A DNA stretch of 64,000 nt from positions 2,108,001-2,172,000 of the forward strand of contig OX597826.1 of assembly GCA_951406725.2 (NCBI GenBank). The letters run 5' to 3'. Made by a program: the position numbers and the translations under genes. The notes under the pieces were generated by a model. It saw only the letters and a list, made by a program, of their open reading frames with translations, did no database searches and was not told where the DNA came from. Source of the stretch: Octopus vulgaris (lineage: Eukaryota). This document shows, piece by piece, positions 15,028-27,345 of the stretch (positions are counted from its first letter, which is position 1; the number at the start of each line of letters is the position of its first letter).

Positions 15028-15162
15028 TAGTTCTATATTTAAGAGATGAGGAATTATGTACATTATTTACATTCGACAGCTGTAGTGGTTAAGAGCGCGG
15101 GCTACTAACCCCAAGATTCCAAGTTCGATACCAAGCCGTGACCTGAACAACAACACCAACAA

Positions 15163-15238
<76 letters not shown>

Positions 15239-15239
15239 T

Positions 15240-15302
<63 letters not shown>

Positions 15303-15488
15303 ATAATAATAATAATAATAAAAATGATGATGAAAACATCGAAAAATGCCTTAGGAGTGAGAACCCAAGTTCGAAATTTCCCCAAGACACCTGATGAAGG
15401 CTGGAGGGTATATCAGCCGAAACCTTGTGTTAACAACAAACAAGATGGGGAGAAATATCCGTCGGATGTAAATAATGTAAATAATGTA
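15028..15488 (+). mobile_element. tRNA-headed short retroelement with an internal microsatellite and a Penelope-type hammerhead tail; an inverted tail piece lies at the 5' end
   Basis: tRNA-like head at 15078-15143 (GTAGTGGTTAAGAGCG..CTACTAA..AGTTCGATACC); (CAA/CTA/TAA)n; tail 15335-15488; 15059-15077 is the reverse complement of 15461-15479 (1 mismatch); second copy at 24382-24650. Confidence 0.8.
15386..15431 (+). ncRNA. Minimal type I hammerhead ribozyme motif (stem III carries one mutation)
   Basis: GACAC-CTGATGA-A-GGCTG[GAGGGTATAT]CAGCC-GAAAC-CTT-GTGTT; stem I GACAC/GTGTT, stem II GGCTG/CAGCC. Confidence 0.7.
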
Positions 15489-15504
15489 GTCGATACTTGT
15501 TTGG

Positions 15505-15945
15505 TTGTCTTTTACTTGTTTCGGTCATAGGACTGCGGCCATACTGGAGCACAACCTCGAAGAGTTTTCGTCGAGAAAAACCGACTCCAGTACATTAGTT
15601 TCCATTTGAATTTGGTACTTTATCCTATTGGTCTCTTTTGTGTAACTGCTAAGCAATGGCGACGTAAACAAACCTGCCCCAGTTTTCAAACACAGACACA
15701 AAGCTCACAGTTGCAGTCACACACCAGGGGCGCGCACAGAGACAGACAGACACACACACATACATATACACACGCACACACACACCCAACAGACTTCCAT
15801 GCAGTTTCTGTGTACCAAATTCATTGATAAGACATTTATTAGCCCGGGGCTACCGTAGAGGACACTTGCTGAAGGCGCCGCTCAGTGGGACGGAACCCAA
15901 ATCCACATGGTTAGAAAGCGAGTTTGTTAACCACTAGCACTGCTT
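15505..15945 (-). mobile_element. Diverged SINE family A copy
   Basis: Tail and head motifs match family A. Confidence 0.8.
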
Positions 15946-16789
15946 TCCTTAGCTGTTCTTGTGTATTTATCACAGATTGTGTGTCGAGGAGAACACGTGC
16001 AGTTAAGCACTGTTTGTGTTTCTAGCATATTGAATGTCTCATCTGGTTTGCATGCTTGTATTCTATGCTTTTGTTACAAAATAATTATTTTCTTTTACAA
16101 CAGTAGAATTGTAAATTCAACGTTGACGATGATGATGATGGCGATGATGAATACAGCGTTAATGTTGGATGCGTTCCTCTATGCTAATTTTAAAGTATTG
16201 GTGAAATATTTCCTAAAAATTCTAAGACGTGTCTGGTTTTTCATGTTGGTCAAAGAATAAATTTTCAGCTTCCATTGCATCGGCAGAAAGCAAGAGCTAT
16301 GACTGTCGAGTCTGTCGTGTGAATAACTGAATGGCAGAAACGATATATAAAGAAAAAAAAAAGGCTTAGTAGATTGCTTCATTCTTTATTCATGATATTT
16401 TTTTACCGTTTTAACGGATTACAAAATTAGTTCTTGCTTCTAAGAACAGAAGAAAGAACGCTCCTAATTTAGTATTTAATTCCTGTAAAATTCTGGAAGA
16501 AAATAAAAGAACTAAATGCAGTGTTCACTGGATATTAGGTATTGCCAAAAAAAAAAAGTGAAGACGGCGCAAAGAACGACATGAAGAATTCTATAAAATT
16601 TTTAAAAAATTATTTTTTTTATCATATTGCGCTTTACGTCGTAAATCGATACTAAATGCAACAGAGATGAGGCGGGGCCAGAACCACTCGGGGGTCTTTT
16701 AACTAGTTCAATGCATTCTTGTTCTGGATTCAACTGAAAGCAGAGAGGTCATTGCCGATCAACCCAAATGCGGATCGATCCAGTTAATT

Positions 16790-17188
16790 CTTCCTTTCTA
16801 TTCTAGGCACAAGGGCCAACATTTTGGGGGAGAGGGTTAGTCGATTAGATCGAAAACATTACGCAACTGCTACTTAATTTATCGATCCTGTAAGGATGAA
16901 AGGCAAAGTCGACCTCGGCGGAATTTCAACTCAGAACGTAGCGGCAGACGAAATATCTATTTCTTTACTACCCACAAGGGGCTAAACACAGAGAGGACAA
17001 ACAAGGACAGACAAATGGATTAAGTCGATTATATCGACCCCAGTGCGTAACTGGTACTTATTTAATTGACCCCGAAAGGATAAAAGGCAAAGTCGACCTC
17101 GGCGGAATTTGAACTCAGAACGTAGCGGCAGACGAAATACCGCAAGCATTTCTCCCGCGTGCTAACGTTTCTGCCGGCTCGCCGCCTT
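16790..17188 (-). mobile_element. Dimeric SINE family B element with a 13-bp target-site duplication
   Basis: GATCCAGTTAATT at 16777-16789 and 17189-17201 brackets two cores with different tails. Confidence 0.88.
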
Positions 17189-17664
17189 GATCCAGTTAAT
17201 TATTACTATTAAACTGAATCAAGGGTTGTATCTCCATGCCTTTGTCAATCAGAATTAATCACGACAGTAATGACTATTTCTTCTTGTTAAAGATAAGAAT
17301 TTTAATTAATTGAAAACATTCTTGACAAAGAAACCGTACCAGCTTCCTGCTGTCTTCTGCCGCTTTATTTTATTGTTTATTTTACTAGTCCCTTGCTCTC
17401 CCAGCTAACTCTTGGAGCACAAGTGTTTTTTAAACTCTAGGCAACTGTGGGGCTTCTACCACACCGAGTTAGAGCAAACTTAGAAATAGAGATGACCAAG
17501 AATTAACCCAGTACTCCTCAGAAAACTGGAACTCCTCACCTGGAGTCTCACAATCAAATGCATTTTAATGTATTGGTTAGGATAAAAGTGATATATATGT
17601 AATCATAAAAACGTAAATCGGTACTGGAAGAATTCGAACCCAGAACCAAGAAATGCAATATTAT

Positions 17665-18040
17665 CCTTTCTAATATAGGTTCAAGGCCTGAATGTTTAGG
17701 GAAAGGGGCTAGCCGATTGCATCGCCCTCAGTAGTCAACTGGTACTTATTTCATCGATTATGAAAGGGTAAGTCGACCTTAGCGGAATTTGAACTCAGAA
17801 CGTAAATACTAACGCACTACTGCCAAGCATTTAGTCCAGTGTGTTAACGATTCTGCCAGCTCGCTGCCATAAGAAATACCATATTCTTTTCTATTCTAGG
17901 CACAAGGCCCGAAATTTTTGGAAAAGGGGCCAGTCGAGTAGATCGACCCCAGTACGCAACTGGTACTTAATTTATCGATCCCCCGAAATGATGAAAGGCA
18001 AAGTCGCCCTCGGCAGAATCTGAACTCAGACATAAGAAAT
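17665..18040 (-). mobile_element. Two tandem SINE family B copies, the second headless where it abuts the maT element
   Basis: Core and tail motifs at ~17665-17870 and ~17885-18040. Confidence 0.8.
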
Positions 18041-18049
18041 ACGATATTA

Positions 18050-18817
18050 GAGAGGGTGTTGGCCGAAATTTGCTTTCAGTTTCTCCTATGAGCTGAAGAC
18101 TGCTCCAGAACATGTCGCATGCGTTTCTAACTGTGGCCTGGGTGGATGTCCGAACGCATCCTTGATCTTGGCCACTAGCACGGCCATGGTGTTGCAAGCA
18201 GAGCGGTTGGTGTCTTTGTTCAACCCCCACCTGTAATCCATGGGATTAAAGTCGGGGGTATTAAGAGGTCGGAAATTGGGGTTGGCGAGGTCGTAGAACA
18301 TTTCCGACAACCGCTTCTGACTCTTTTAGGTGGCATGACAAGGACCCGAAACCTGCTGCCACAAATAAGGCCCTCCATTAGCGACCCTCTTCAGTCAGGT
18401 TTTGACTACAGACTCCAGCAACTTCACAAAGACATCTGAATTGAGCCTAAGGCCCTGTTCAATGATATGCGGCAGTATGACATCAACCCACACTCAAAGA
18501 CCATCATAGTTTGGAAGAACCTGGTTTTCGTGATGTTCATGTTACATCGTACAGCTTTTACAGCGTTTACAGAGCACTGAGAAGAGTGTTCACAGATCAT
18601 GATGTCTGTTCACAGAGCATTGAACGGCAGTCACGATGTCGGCATTTTGACACTCGGCGTGAATCATCGTGATACGGCAAACAGTTTCCTAATGCTTATA
18701 CGGCTTTCAATCATCCAGGTCAACTAACTTTTTCTCTTTATACTCTCCAGTGCTGTTGAGAGTTCACCAATAAAAAAAACATATAAAATATCTTCAAATT
18801 TTTGCCGAACACTCATT
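18050..18817 (-). mobile_element. Internally deleted Tc1/mariner DD37D (maT-type) transposon relic
   Basis: Minus-strand frame RVANGGPYLWQQ[V]SGPCHAT*KSQKRLSEMFYDLANPNFRPLNTPDFNPM[D]Y has 37 residues between the catalytic positions; degenerate TIRs GAGGGTGTTGGCCGAAATTTG and CAAATTTTTGCCGAACACTC. Confidence 0.8.
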
Positions 18818-19352
18818 ACAAGGTATTAAAATTATTCAGTCATATGTTTAAAATCATCTCTGCTCTCTTGGGAATTATTTCATAGTTAGAAACATTTAAC
18901 ATTGTTAGGGAAGATAGAAGATGTGGCGTCCATGAGTATTAAGAGAGCAATTGTACAGTAATGGCTTCACTTGGGAAGAAAATCCATCTGTAGACCCGGT
19001 TTATTTGTTCGTTAAAACTTTCATTTAATGAAATTTTCACTTGATCTGGTTTTAAAACCCAAGCCAATATAACGGGAAATAATTGAACGAAAATTTATGT
19101 TCATACATTAACATAATTTATGTAGGAAATCCACATTTTGAGAAATCTAGTGCAGTTATGTGCTTGTAAATAGGATTATAGAAGCTCTATGACACATAAC
19201 ACGGACTCCTAAATTTATAATCGACTCGCAAGCTGTTCAAAAAGAGCATTTATCGCGCCCACTTCGGTGGTCTTCATGATCTGTGAAATCCATGGACTCG
19301 TGCTCGTCTTCCGGATAATCCAAGAGCTGTTGATAACTAAGCAAAATAAATC

Positions 19353-19740
19353 GGCGCAGGCATGATTGTATGGTTAAGGAGGTAGGTTTGCGACCACATG
19401 GCTTTGGGTTCAGGCCCAACTGCGTGGGGCCTTGGGCAAGTGTTTTCTACTATAGCCTCGTACCGAGCAATGCATTGGTTGATGGAAACTGTATAGAAGC
19501 CCGTCGTATATATATTTATATCTGGGTATCTTTATGTTTAAATATATCTTCCCATCAACCACTTGACATCCAAAGTTCGTTTCTTTACGTCTCGGTAACT
19601 TATCAATTCGGCAAAAGCGATCGATAGAATAAGTACCAGAATTAATAAAATAAGTACCAAGGTCAATTTGTTCGCCTAAAACCTCTTCAAGATGGTGCTC
19701 CAGCATGGCTGCAATCCAATGAATGAAACAAGTAAAAAAT
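19353..19740 (+). mobile_element. Diverged SINE family A copy
   Basis: Head and tail motifs. Confidence 0.8.
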
Positions 19741-20109
19741 ACAAAATAAAACATACATAAAAACTGAATAAAAATTCCACGACTGTGACACGACAAAGAA
19801 TTGAAACCGTGACGTGAAGACAAGGTGTGCATTTATTTGCACAAACGATTACCAGATTACTAGTAACTTCCTCACCCATCACCTGTTAATTCGCTGCTGC
19901 TGCTGCTGTCTTTGGTCTCTCTTTCCTATTCTCCATCCTTACTAATAAACTAATCATTGTAAAGCGAGTTGATTGCTTGTCAGTCTAGCGATTGCTTAAC
20001 AGAGATTTATGTAGAACAAGTAGCAAATGTTGTTTTATGAATCCTTCGCTGTTGCTCGGATACAATAGTTTTCTTACAGATCTACTGAAAACCTTACGTG
20101 TTCGCATAT

Positions 20110-20506
20110 GCATACATACATACATACATACATACACACATACATACGTACATACATACATACACACATACATACGTACATACATACATACATACATACA
20201 TACATACATACATACATACATACATACATGCATACACATACATACATACATACATACATACATACATACATACACACATACATACATACATACATACATA
20301 CATACATACATACATACATACATACACACATACATACATACATACATACATACATACATAAATACATAAATACATACATACATACATACATACATACATA
20401 CATAAATACATAAATACATACATACATACATACATACATACATACATACATACATACATACATACATACATACGCAAGTACGTACATACTTGTATACATG
20501 CAAACG

Positions 20507-20537
<31 letters not shown>

Positions 20538-20728
20538 ATATGTGTGTGTGTATGTATGTATGTGTTTGTATGTATGTATATATATATATTTATATATATG
20601 TATGTATGTATGTATGTGTCTGTACACAGACACACAAACACGCACGGATGTGCGTATACATTCACTCATTAATACATACACACGCACACATACACATACA
20701 TATATATATACACATATATATATACCAC

Positions 20729-20769
<41 letters not shown>

Positions 20770-21380
20770 GTACATACACACACGCATGCACACATGCACG
20801 CACACACACACATAGATATACACACAATACCCAACGATTGGAATAAAAAGCAAACCATATGTTGATTACGACAATAACAACAACGAAACTTACACAAGGA
20901 AAAAATCGTAACAAAATCAAACCAAATATAAAAAACAAAAAAACAACAGATTTTCAAAACTCCCCACCCCCTCCCCGTCTCACAAACATGTGCTTTAGTT
21001 TAGCCACTTAGCGAAAATGTTTATAGTCATTCATAATATCTCATTCTCAATTACACGACAAAACGTCTGTTATAAGTCTTGTTCTTAGATACATTTTGTT
21101 TCTATCAACAAAAGACTAAAATATTCTGGTGCTGGCGATGGTATCGGCGGTACCGGTGCCGGCGATGGCGTTGCCGATGAAACGTACGTACATACATACA
21201 TATACGCATGCATGCCTAGATATATACATGCATACATATGTATGGATAGAAAGACACTGCAATACACAGTTACGCACGTCTACGCGCAGGAGATGGATAG
21301 ACACACGCGCCGGGATTGCTTTGTAGTCGTTGAGGTGCGCGATAGTCCTGCTCGTGACATGGGCATACACACATACGTAC

Positions 21381-21434
<54 letters not shown>

Positions 21435-21930
21435 GTATGCATACATACATACAGGCATACATATATATATACGTACACACATGTATATATATATATACAT
21501 ACACACATATATATATATATCATATATATATGTACATACATATATAATATATATATATATTCTATAGACACATACACACTCATATATTTACGTATATACT
21601 CATGTGTGGGTGTATACATACATACATATACATATATACACACATATATATATATACATACATATATATATATATGTATATATATATACATATATATGTA
21701 TATATATATACATACACGCGTATATATATGCATACATATATATACGTACACACATGTATATATATATACATATACATACACACATATATATATATCATAT
21801 ATAAATACATACACACATATATTTACGTATATACTTATATGTGTGGGTGTATGCATACATACATAAATAAATACACACACACGCACACACACTCACACAC
21901 ACATATATATATATATATATACTCACTTAT
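20110..21930. repeat. (TACA)n at 20110-20475 followed by TA/CA mosaic tracts
   Basis: Direct reading. Confidence 0.9.
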
Positions 21931-22139
21931 ACACATACATATAAAGGCACAAGCAAACATGTAAAGAGTCACGCCAAAAAAAATCAACAACAAAAACTAT
22001 GCACAGGCAAACAGGCATGCGCACAAGTGTAGGGTACACATGAAATTAATACATCGATCAACAAACGCATGTCTTTGCGTTGGCTACTGGTGTTGTTGAA
22101 ACAGTTTGAATGGTGCATAAAATAAGGAGAGACAGTTTA

Positions 22140-22239
22140 NNNNNNNNNNNNNNNNNNNNNNNNNNNNNNNNNNNNNNNNNNNNNNNNNNNNNNNNNNNNN
22201 NNNNNNNNNNNNNNNNNNNNNNNNNNNNNNNNNNNNNNN
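22140..22239. other. Assembly gap (100 N)
   Basis: Run of N. Confidence 1.
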
Positions 22240-22446
22240 ACTAACAATTCCACATACTAATCAACGTCTACCTCTCTTTTTGCCAAAATATATCATTTAT
22301 GTAATTAGTAGAATCGTAATTAATTTGAACTGAAAGGATACAGTACAAATAACAGCATCTATTTACGAAATTTAAGGACTCTATAGATGAAACGTAAGAG
22401 AGAAAACCGACTAAATATATACGGTTACATTATAACTTTCTCATTA

Positions 22447-22794
22447 CAGTAATCCGTCGACTATCACGGGTGTTTCGTTCCAAAACCCCCGAGATAGGTG
22501 AAAATCCGCAAAGTAGAAACAATACTGTACTGGATATTTTCTAAAATTATTTTTATAATTTGTATATATTTATTTTATTATAAATGCAAAAGAATGCCAC
22601 AAAGGAATCCATGTAAGCTTAAATAAAAAACCGCGATAGGTGAACCGCGATAGGTGAACCGCGATAGGTGAAACGCGATGGGTGAACCGCGATAGGTGAA
22701 GCGCGATAGGTGAACCGCGATAGGTGAACCGCGATAGGTGAAGCGCGATAGGTGAACCGCGATAGGTGAACCGCGATATGGCGAGGGTTTACTG
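22447..22794. mobile_element. Tigger/pogo-like MITE with an expanded subterminal 14-bp repeat
   Basis: TA|CAGTAATCCGTCGACTATCACGG ... CCGCGATATGGCGAGGGTTTACTG imperfect TIRs; same family as 49257-49971. Confidence 0.8.
22631..22778. repeat. Minisatellite (CCGCGATAGGTGAA) x10 plus a partial copy
   Basis: Units start every 14 bp from 22631 to 22771. Confidence 0.95.
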
Positions 22795-23917
22795 AAGTTC
22801 CTATATTTTTTATTCAGAAGAAAAGAATATTTATCTCTCAAGAGATGAGAAACCATCTACCTCATTCTCTCTTTCTCTCCCCCACTCTTACCCCCTTACT
22901 CACTGATTACACATGCACACATCCATAATGATCTCTCTCATGTTCCGGGAAAATCCCGGAGAAAAGGTATCACTTCTGACCGGGTTTTCATTCAGAGGGC
23001 GAGGTTATTTCATTACCTTCGAACCCTCGGTTTATGGTATTTCTGGCGTCGAGATCCGGCAATTTTTCTCACTTACTGCTGTTTTTACTTCCACCCCCGT
23101 TGTCTACATTCTCATTTTCTCTACCTCTCTAAAGAGAGCCTTTAAATTTGTTTATTTACTAATACACGTTTAAGAGATTAGCCTCCTGCCTCGTAACACC
23201 AATTTTCCTGTTTATATTCCAGCACTCACAATAAAGAAGAACTCATTTTGGTAATCATCAGTTATTAGGACTTGACATATCATTGTAGTTACCTCGCATT
23301 TCATCGCTTACACTACGGTTTAAGAAGATGACAAGAATTTTAAGGTGAACATCGCCACCAAAGTTCTATGTGGCTTTACTTGTTCTATGCACTGGAACGC
23401 TAATTTGTGAACAGCTGAGTACTACACAGTGTTTGTCTTTGAAAATTCAGGACTCACTGTCACGTGTTCTGCTCTCATCAAAATGTTCCATACAAATCTC
23501 TCGGGGCTTCGATCATTATTTTGCTTAGCTTAATTGTAAACCTTTCCATTATTTGAAAAGCAGAAAGAAATCAAATTCGTTGTCCATTTCAGGATAAATT
23601 CCTTAGGAGCGGAGCCATTTTCTCAACGGAAATTTTTAATCTTTCTTTTCATTAGAACCGTTAGCAAAAGAGTTTTTGTAAATGATTTTGTATGCGTTCA
23701 CAACGTAAAGCAACTGCGCAAACCAAATTCCGTAGCTGCATTCTTTTGTTTGATTCTTACCTATTTAAGTCTATCTTTATTGTTTTCCTTTCGTAATCGG
23801 TACAGTTTCATTCATTAATACTTATCGGAATGAGGCTGGGGGAGCCTATTCGCACTTTCGAAAGAGAAGACATGATGACAGGAAAGTAAATACAAAAGCA
23901 ATGCTAAGGTTTCTTAA

Positions 23918-24365
23918 GGTGGTGAGCTGGCAGAATCGTTTGTACGCCGGACACAATGCTTAGCGGCTTTTTTCACTCTTTATTTTCTGAGTTCAATTCC
24001 CGCCGAATTCCACTTTGCCTTTCTTCCTCTCGGGGTCGAGAAAATAAAAGTACAAGTTGAGCACTGGGGTCTATGTAATCGACTTATGTCCGTTTCCTGA
24101 AATTGCTGGCATTGTGTCAAAATTTGAAACCAATATTTCTCATGTCTTGGGCAGCGATCTAGCAGAATCGATAGCACGGCAGCAAAAGTGCTTAGCACCA
24201 TTTTGTCCATTTGGCCAAAACTCATTATTATTGTTAAATCCTGGCGAGATCAACTTAGCCTATTCTTCTTTCGTGAACGAGTAAATAAAGAACGAGTATA
24301 TAAATACAGTGTTGGAGGCAACTGACTTATCCGCAACGTTCAAACAGCTGGCACCGCGCCAAAAT
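23918..24365 (+). mobile_element. Two tandem SINE family B copies
   Basis: GGTGGTGAGCTGGCAGAATCG..GAGTTCAATTCC..CTGGGGTC; a more diverged copy starts at ~24148. Confidence 0.75.
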
Positions 24366-24381
24366 TAGAAATGATAATTAT

Positions 24382-24516
24382 TACATTATTTACATTATTT
24401 ACATTCGACGGATATTTGTCCTCATCTTGATTGTTGTTAAAACAACGTTTCGGCTGATATACCATCCAGCCTTCGTCAGGTGTCTTGGGGAAATTTCGAA
24501 CTAAGGTATTTTTCAA

Positions 24517-24593
<77 letters not shown>

Positions 24594-24650
24594 TCATTGC
24601 CTGGAATCGAACTCGGAATCTTGGAGTTAGTAGCCCGCGCTCTTAACCAT
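24382..24650 (-). mobile_element. Second copy of the tRNA-head/microsatellite/hammerhead-tail element
   Basis: Reverse complement reads GGTTAAGAGCGCGGGCTACTAACTCCAAGATTCCGAGTTCGATTCC..GACCTG-(AAT)n-..CCCCAAGACACCTGACGA..GTCGAATGTAAATAATGTA. Confidence 0.8.
24439..24484 (-). ncRNA. Minimal type I hammerhead ribozyme motif
   Basis: GACAC-CTGACGA-A-GGCTG[GATGGTATAT]CAGCC-GAAAC-GTT-GTTTT; palindromic stem III AACGTT; one stem I mismatch. Confidence 0.7.
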
Positions 24651-24651
24651 A

Positions 24652-25076
24652 TGCTTATTGGCAGGATCTTCAGCACGTCGGGAAAATACTCAACTGCATA
24701 TCTTCCAGCTTTTTACGTTCTGCTTTCGAATTCCGCTGATGTCAGCTTTACATTTTATGCATTCGGGAACGATTAAAATAAATTACTACCCAAATAGTGG
24801 GGTTACTGTAATCGATTTACCCGTCCCCCTCTAAAACTGGTGGCGCAGTGTAAACATCTTGAATCCAGGTGGCGAAATGGTAGAATCGTTAGCACGCCGG
24901 GCGAAATGCTGCGAGGTATTTTGTCTGTTTTCACATTCTAAGTTCAAATTCCGCCGTGGTAGACTTTACCTTTCATTCTTTCGGGGTAAATAATATAGAT
25001 AGCAGTTGAATACTGGGGTTGATGTAATCGAGTTGTCCTCTTTCGCACGAAATTGCAAGAGTTTGAAATTTGCAAC

Positions 25077-25150
<74 letters not shown>
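24652..25150 (+). mobile_element. Two tandem SINE family B copies, the last ending in (ATT)n
   Basis: Copies at ~24652-24865 and ~24866-25078, then (ATT)n to 25150. Confidence 0.75.
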
Positions 25151-25151
<1 letters not shown>

Positions 25152-25756
25152 CATATTATCTTTAATGAAAAGACTTACAATCTATATTAAGGAATCTGTC
25201 GATTTTTCATTCCTACTAAAAAGCCTCAGATCATCCATGTAGAGTAAACGGTTAATTTTCCCATTACTATTTCTGAACTGATACCCCGCCTTTGCCTTCC
25301 TGAAGACTAAACGGAGGGGTGTCAAACATAAGACAAATAATAAAGAAGATAACGAGTCCCCCTGGAAAATTTCCCTTTTGACATGAACTTTCCCTAAAAG
25401 TGTGACACCTTAGTATAGATCTACTTTCCATTTCTTCATGCTAAATCGAATCAATTCTCTTATGATGTCTGCTATACTGAATATATTCAAACATTCACTT
25501 ATCCGTGAGTGTGGGATCATGTCATAGGCTTTCCTATAAACTATCCATGCTATTGTTAGATTTTTCATTCTAGTTTTTACTTCATTTAGAACTGCTTTGT
25601 CTATTTATAATAGATCCTGCGTTCCTTTATGCCTTCTTCCTGCGACCTTTCTGTTCTTCTGGTAGTAAAACTCTGGTTCTCAAGGTGCTCGTCAATGCTT
25701 TCTGGAAGCATTCCTGTTAACAGCTTCCACACTAATGGTAAGCAATGATTGGTATA
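25152..25756 (-). pseudogene. Reverse transcriptase fragment of an R4/Dong-like non-LTR retrotransposon
   Basis: Minus strand gives CLPLVWKLLTGML..HLENQS, RKAYDMIPHS, HVKREIFQGDSLS and KINRLLYMDDLRLF (YMDD); frameshifted. Confidence 0.9.
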
Positions 25757-25793
25757 TAATAATAATAATAATAACAACAACAACAACAACAAC

Positions 25794-25825
<32 letters not shown>

Positions 25826-25925
25826 CAACAACAATAATAATAATAATAACAATAATAATAACAATAATAATAATAATAATAATAATAACAATAACAATAA
25901 TAATAATAACAACAACAACAACAGC

Positions 25926-25960
<35 letters not shown>

Positions 25961-26031
25961 CAGCAATAATAATAATGATAATAATAATAGTAATACAAAT
26001 AATAATAATAAATATTATTATTATTATTATT

Positions 26032-26065
<34 letters not shown>
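25757..26065. repeat. (AAT/AAC)n switching to (ATT/GTT)n at ~26013, a self-complementary tract
   Basis: Direct reading. Confidence 0.9.
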
Positions 26066-26519
26066 TATTGTTATTCACGTTTCATTTAAAATGCAGCTGT
26101 TTGTAAAAAAAGCAATAAGGCAATGAGATTTTCTTGTAATTTCTATTTTAGATGAAATGACTACTTTAAAGCCACATTTCAGTTTTGTCAAGTGTTTGTA
26201 ATTGAACGTGGGAAGAAAAACAGACAAATTACTGTGGATTAAAGAACTGAAATAGTTTCTTTTAAAATCAATTTATCAACTTCATCACCAACAAAATAAC
26301 AATAACAACAAAAACACCGAAAGCACCAACAAGAACAAAAAAAATGTTATGGAGAGAACAACAATAAAAAAAACAACGGTGGAGTCGTCGATGACAACAT
26401 TAACCACATCGCCATCGTCGTCGTCAACGTCGATGTCATCGACGTCATCATCATCATCAGCAGCAGCAACAGCATCAACAGCATCACCCACAACAATAAC
26501 AAATCAATAATAATAATTA

Positions 26520-26985
26520 CAATGCATGACCGCTTCATGCAACAAACCGAGGATCTTGGAAGTAAAGGACGATAAATGTGGTTGACTGACGGAAACCCGA
26601 AACGAAAAACCGAAGCACTAATTGTAGCTGCTCAGGATCAAGCCATTAAGACAAATTTGGTAAAGGCAAACATTGATAAAATTTTAGCAAGGGAGAAAAT
26701 GCAAGATCTGCACAAAAGGAGACGAAAATATTGAGTATCTCCGACGTGAATGTAGTAAACTTGCACAAAATGAATAAACGCACAGACATGATGGTAGCCT
26801 AGCGTGTAAGTTTAAAGTAGCTGAAAAATGATATGAACAGGAGACAGACAGCGTGATAAAGAATATGAGTTATGAGGTTTCATGGGACTTCCCCTTAAAG
26901 ACTGATCATATTATTGAAGTGAGAAGCTCAGATATGATTATAGAAGACTAAAGATACTGGGTAAGGCCATGGATTTTGCCACAAG
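26520..26985 (+). pseudogene. Decayed R4/Dong-like C-terminal fragment (zinc knuckle and start of RLE)
   Basis: MHDRFMQQTE..WLTDGNPKRKTEALIVAAQDQAIKTN..CKIC..E..ECSKLAQ..RHD..WDFPLKTDHIIE. Confidence 0.85.
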
Positions 26986-27039
26986 TGTTAAAAGTAATAA
27001 TACTTTCTACTGTAGACTACTTTGACTTTCTACTTTGAC

Positions 27040-27345
27040 TTGGTACTTAATTTATCGATCGGGAAAGGAGGAAAGACAAAGTCGACCTCGGCAGAATTTG
27101 AACTCAGAACATAGCGGCAGACGAAATACCTATTTCTTTACTACCCACAAGAGGCTAAAGACAGAGGGGACAAACAAGGATAGACAAACGGATTAAGTCG
27201 ATTACATCGACCCCAGCGCGTAACTGGTACTTAATTTATCCACCCCGAAAAGATGAAAGGTAAAGTCGACCACTGCGGAATTTGAACTCCGAACGTAACG
27301 GCGCCGGAAATACCGCTTAGCATTTCTCCCGGTTTGTTAACGATT
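27040..27345 (-). mobile_element. Dimeric SINE family B element with the same junction as 16790-17188
   Basis: GCGGCAGACGAAATACC|TATTTCTTTACTACCCACAAG junction at ~27130. Confidence 0.8.

Noticed and set aside
15078-15143. tRNA gene with anticodon ACT (similar heads at 11034, 49711 and 59660)
   Set aside because: The acceptor and T stems do not pair properly and each is attached to a SINE body
22631-22778. CRISPR-like array or repeat-protein ORF (22578-22856)
   Set aside because: The 14-bp units are contiguous with no spacers, lie inside a MITE, and sit in eukaryotic DNA
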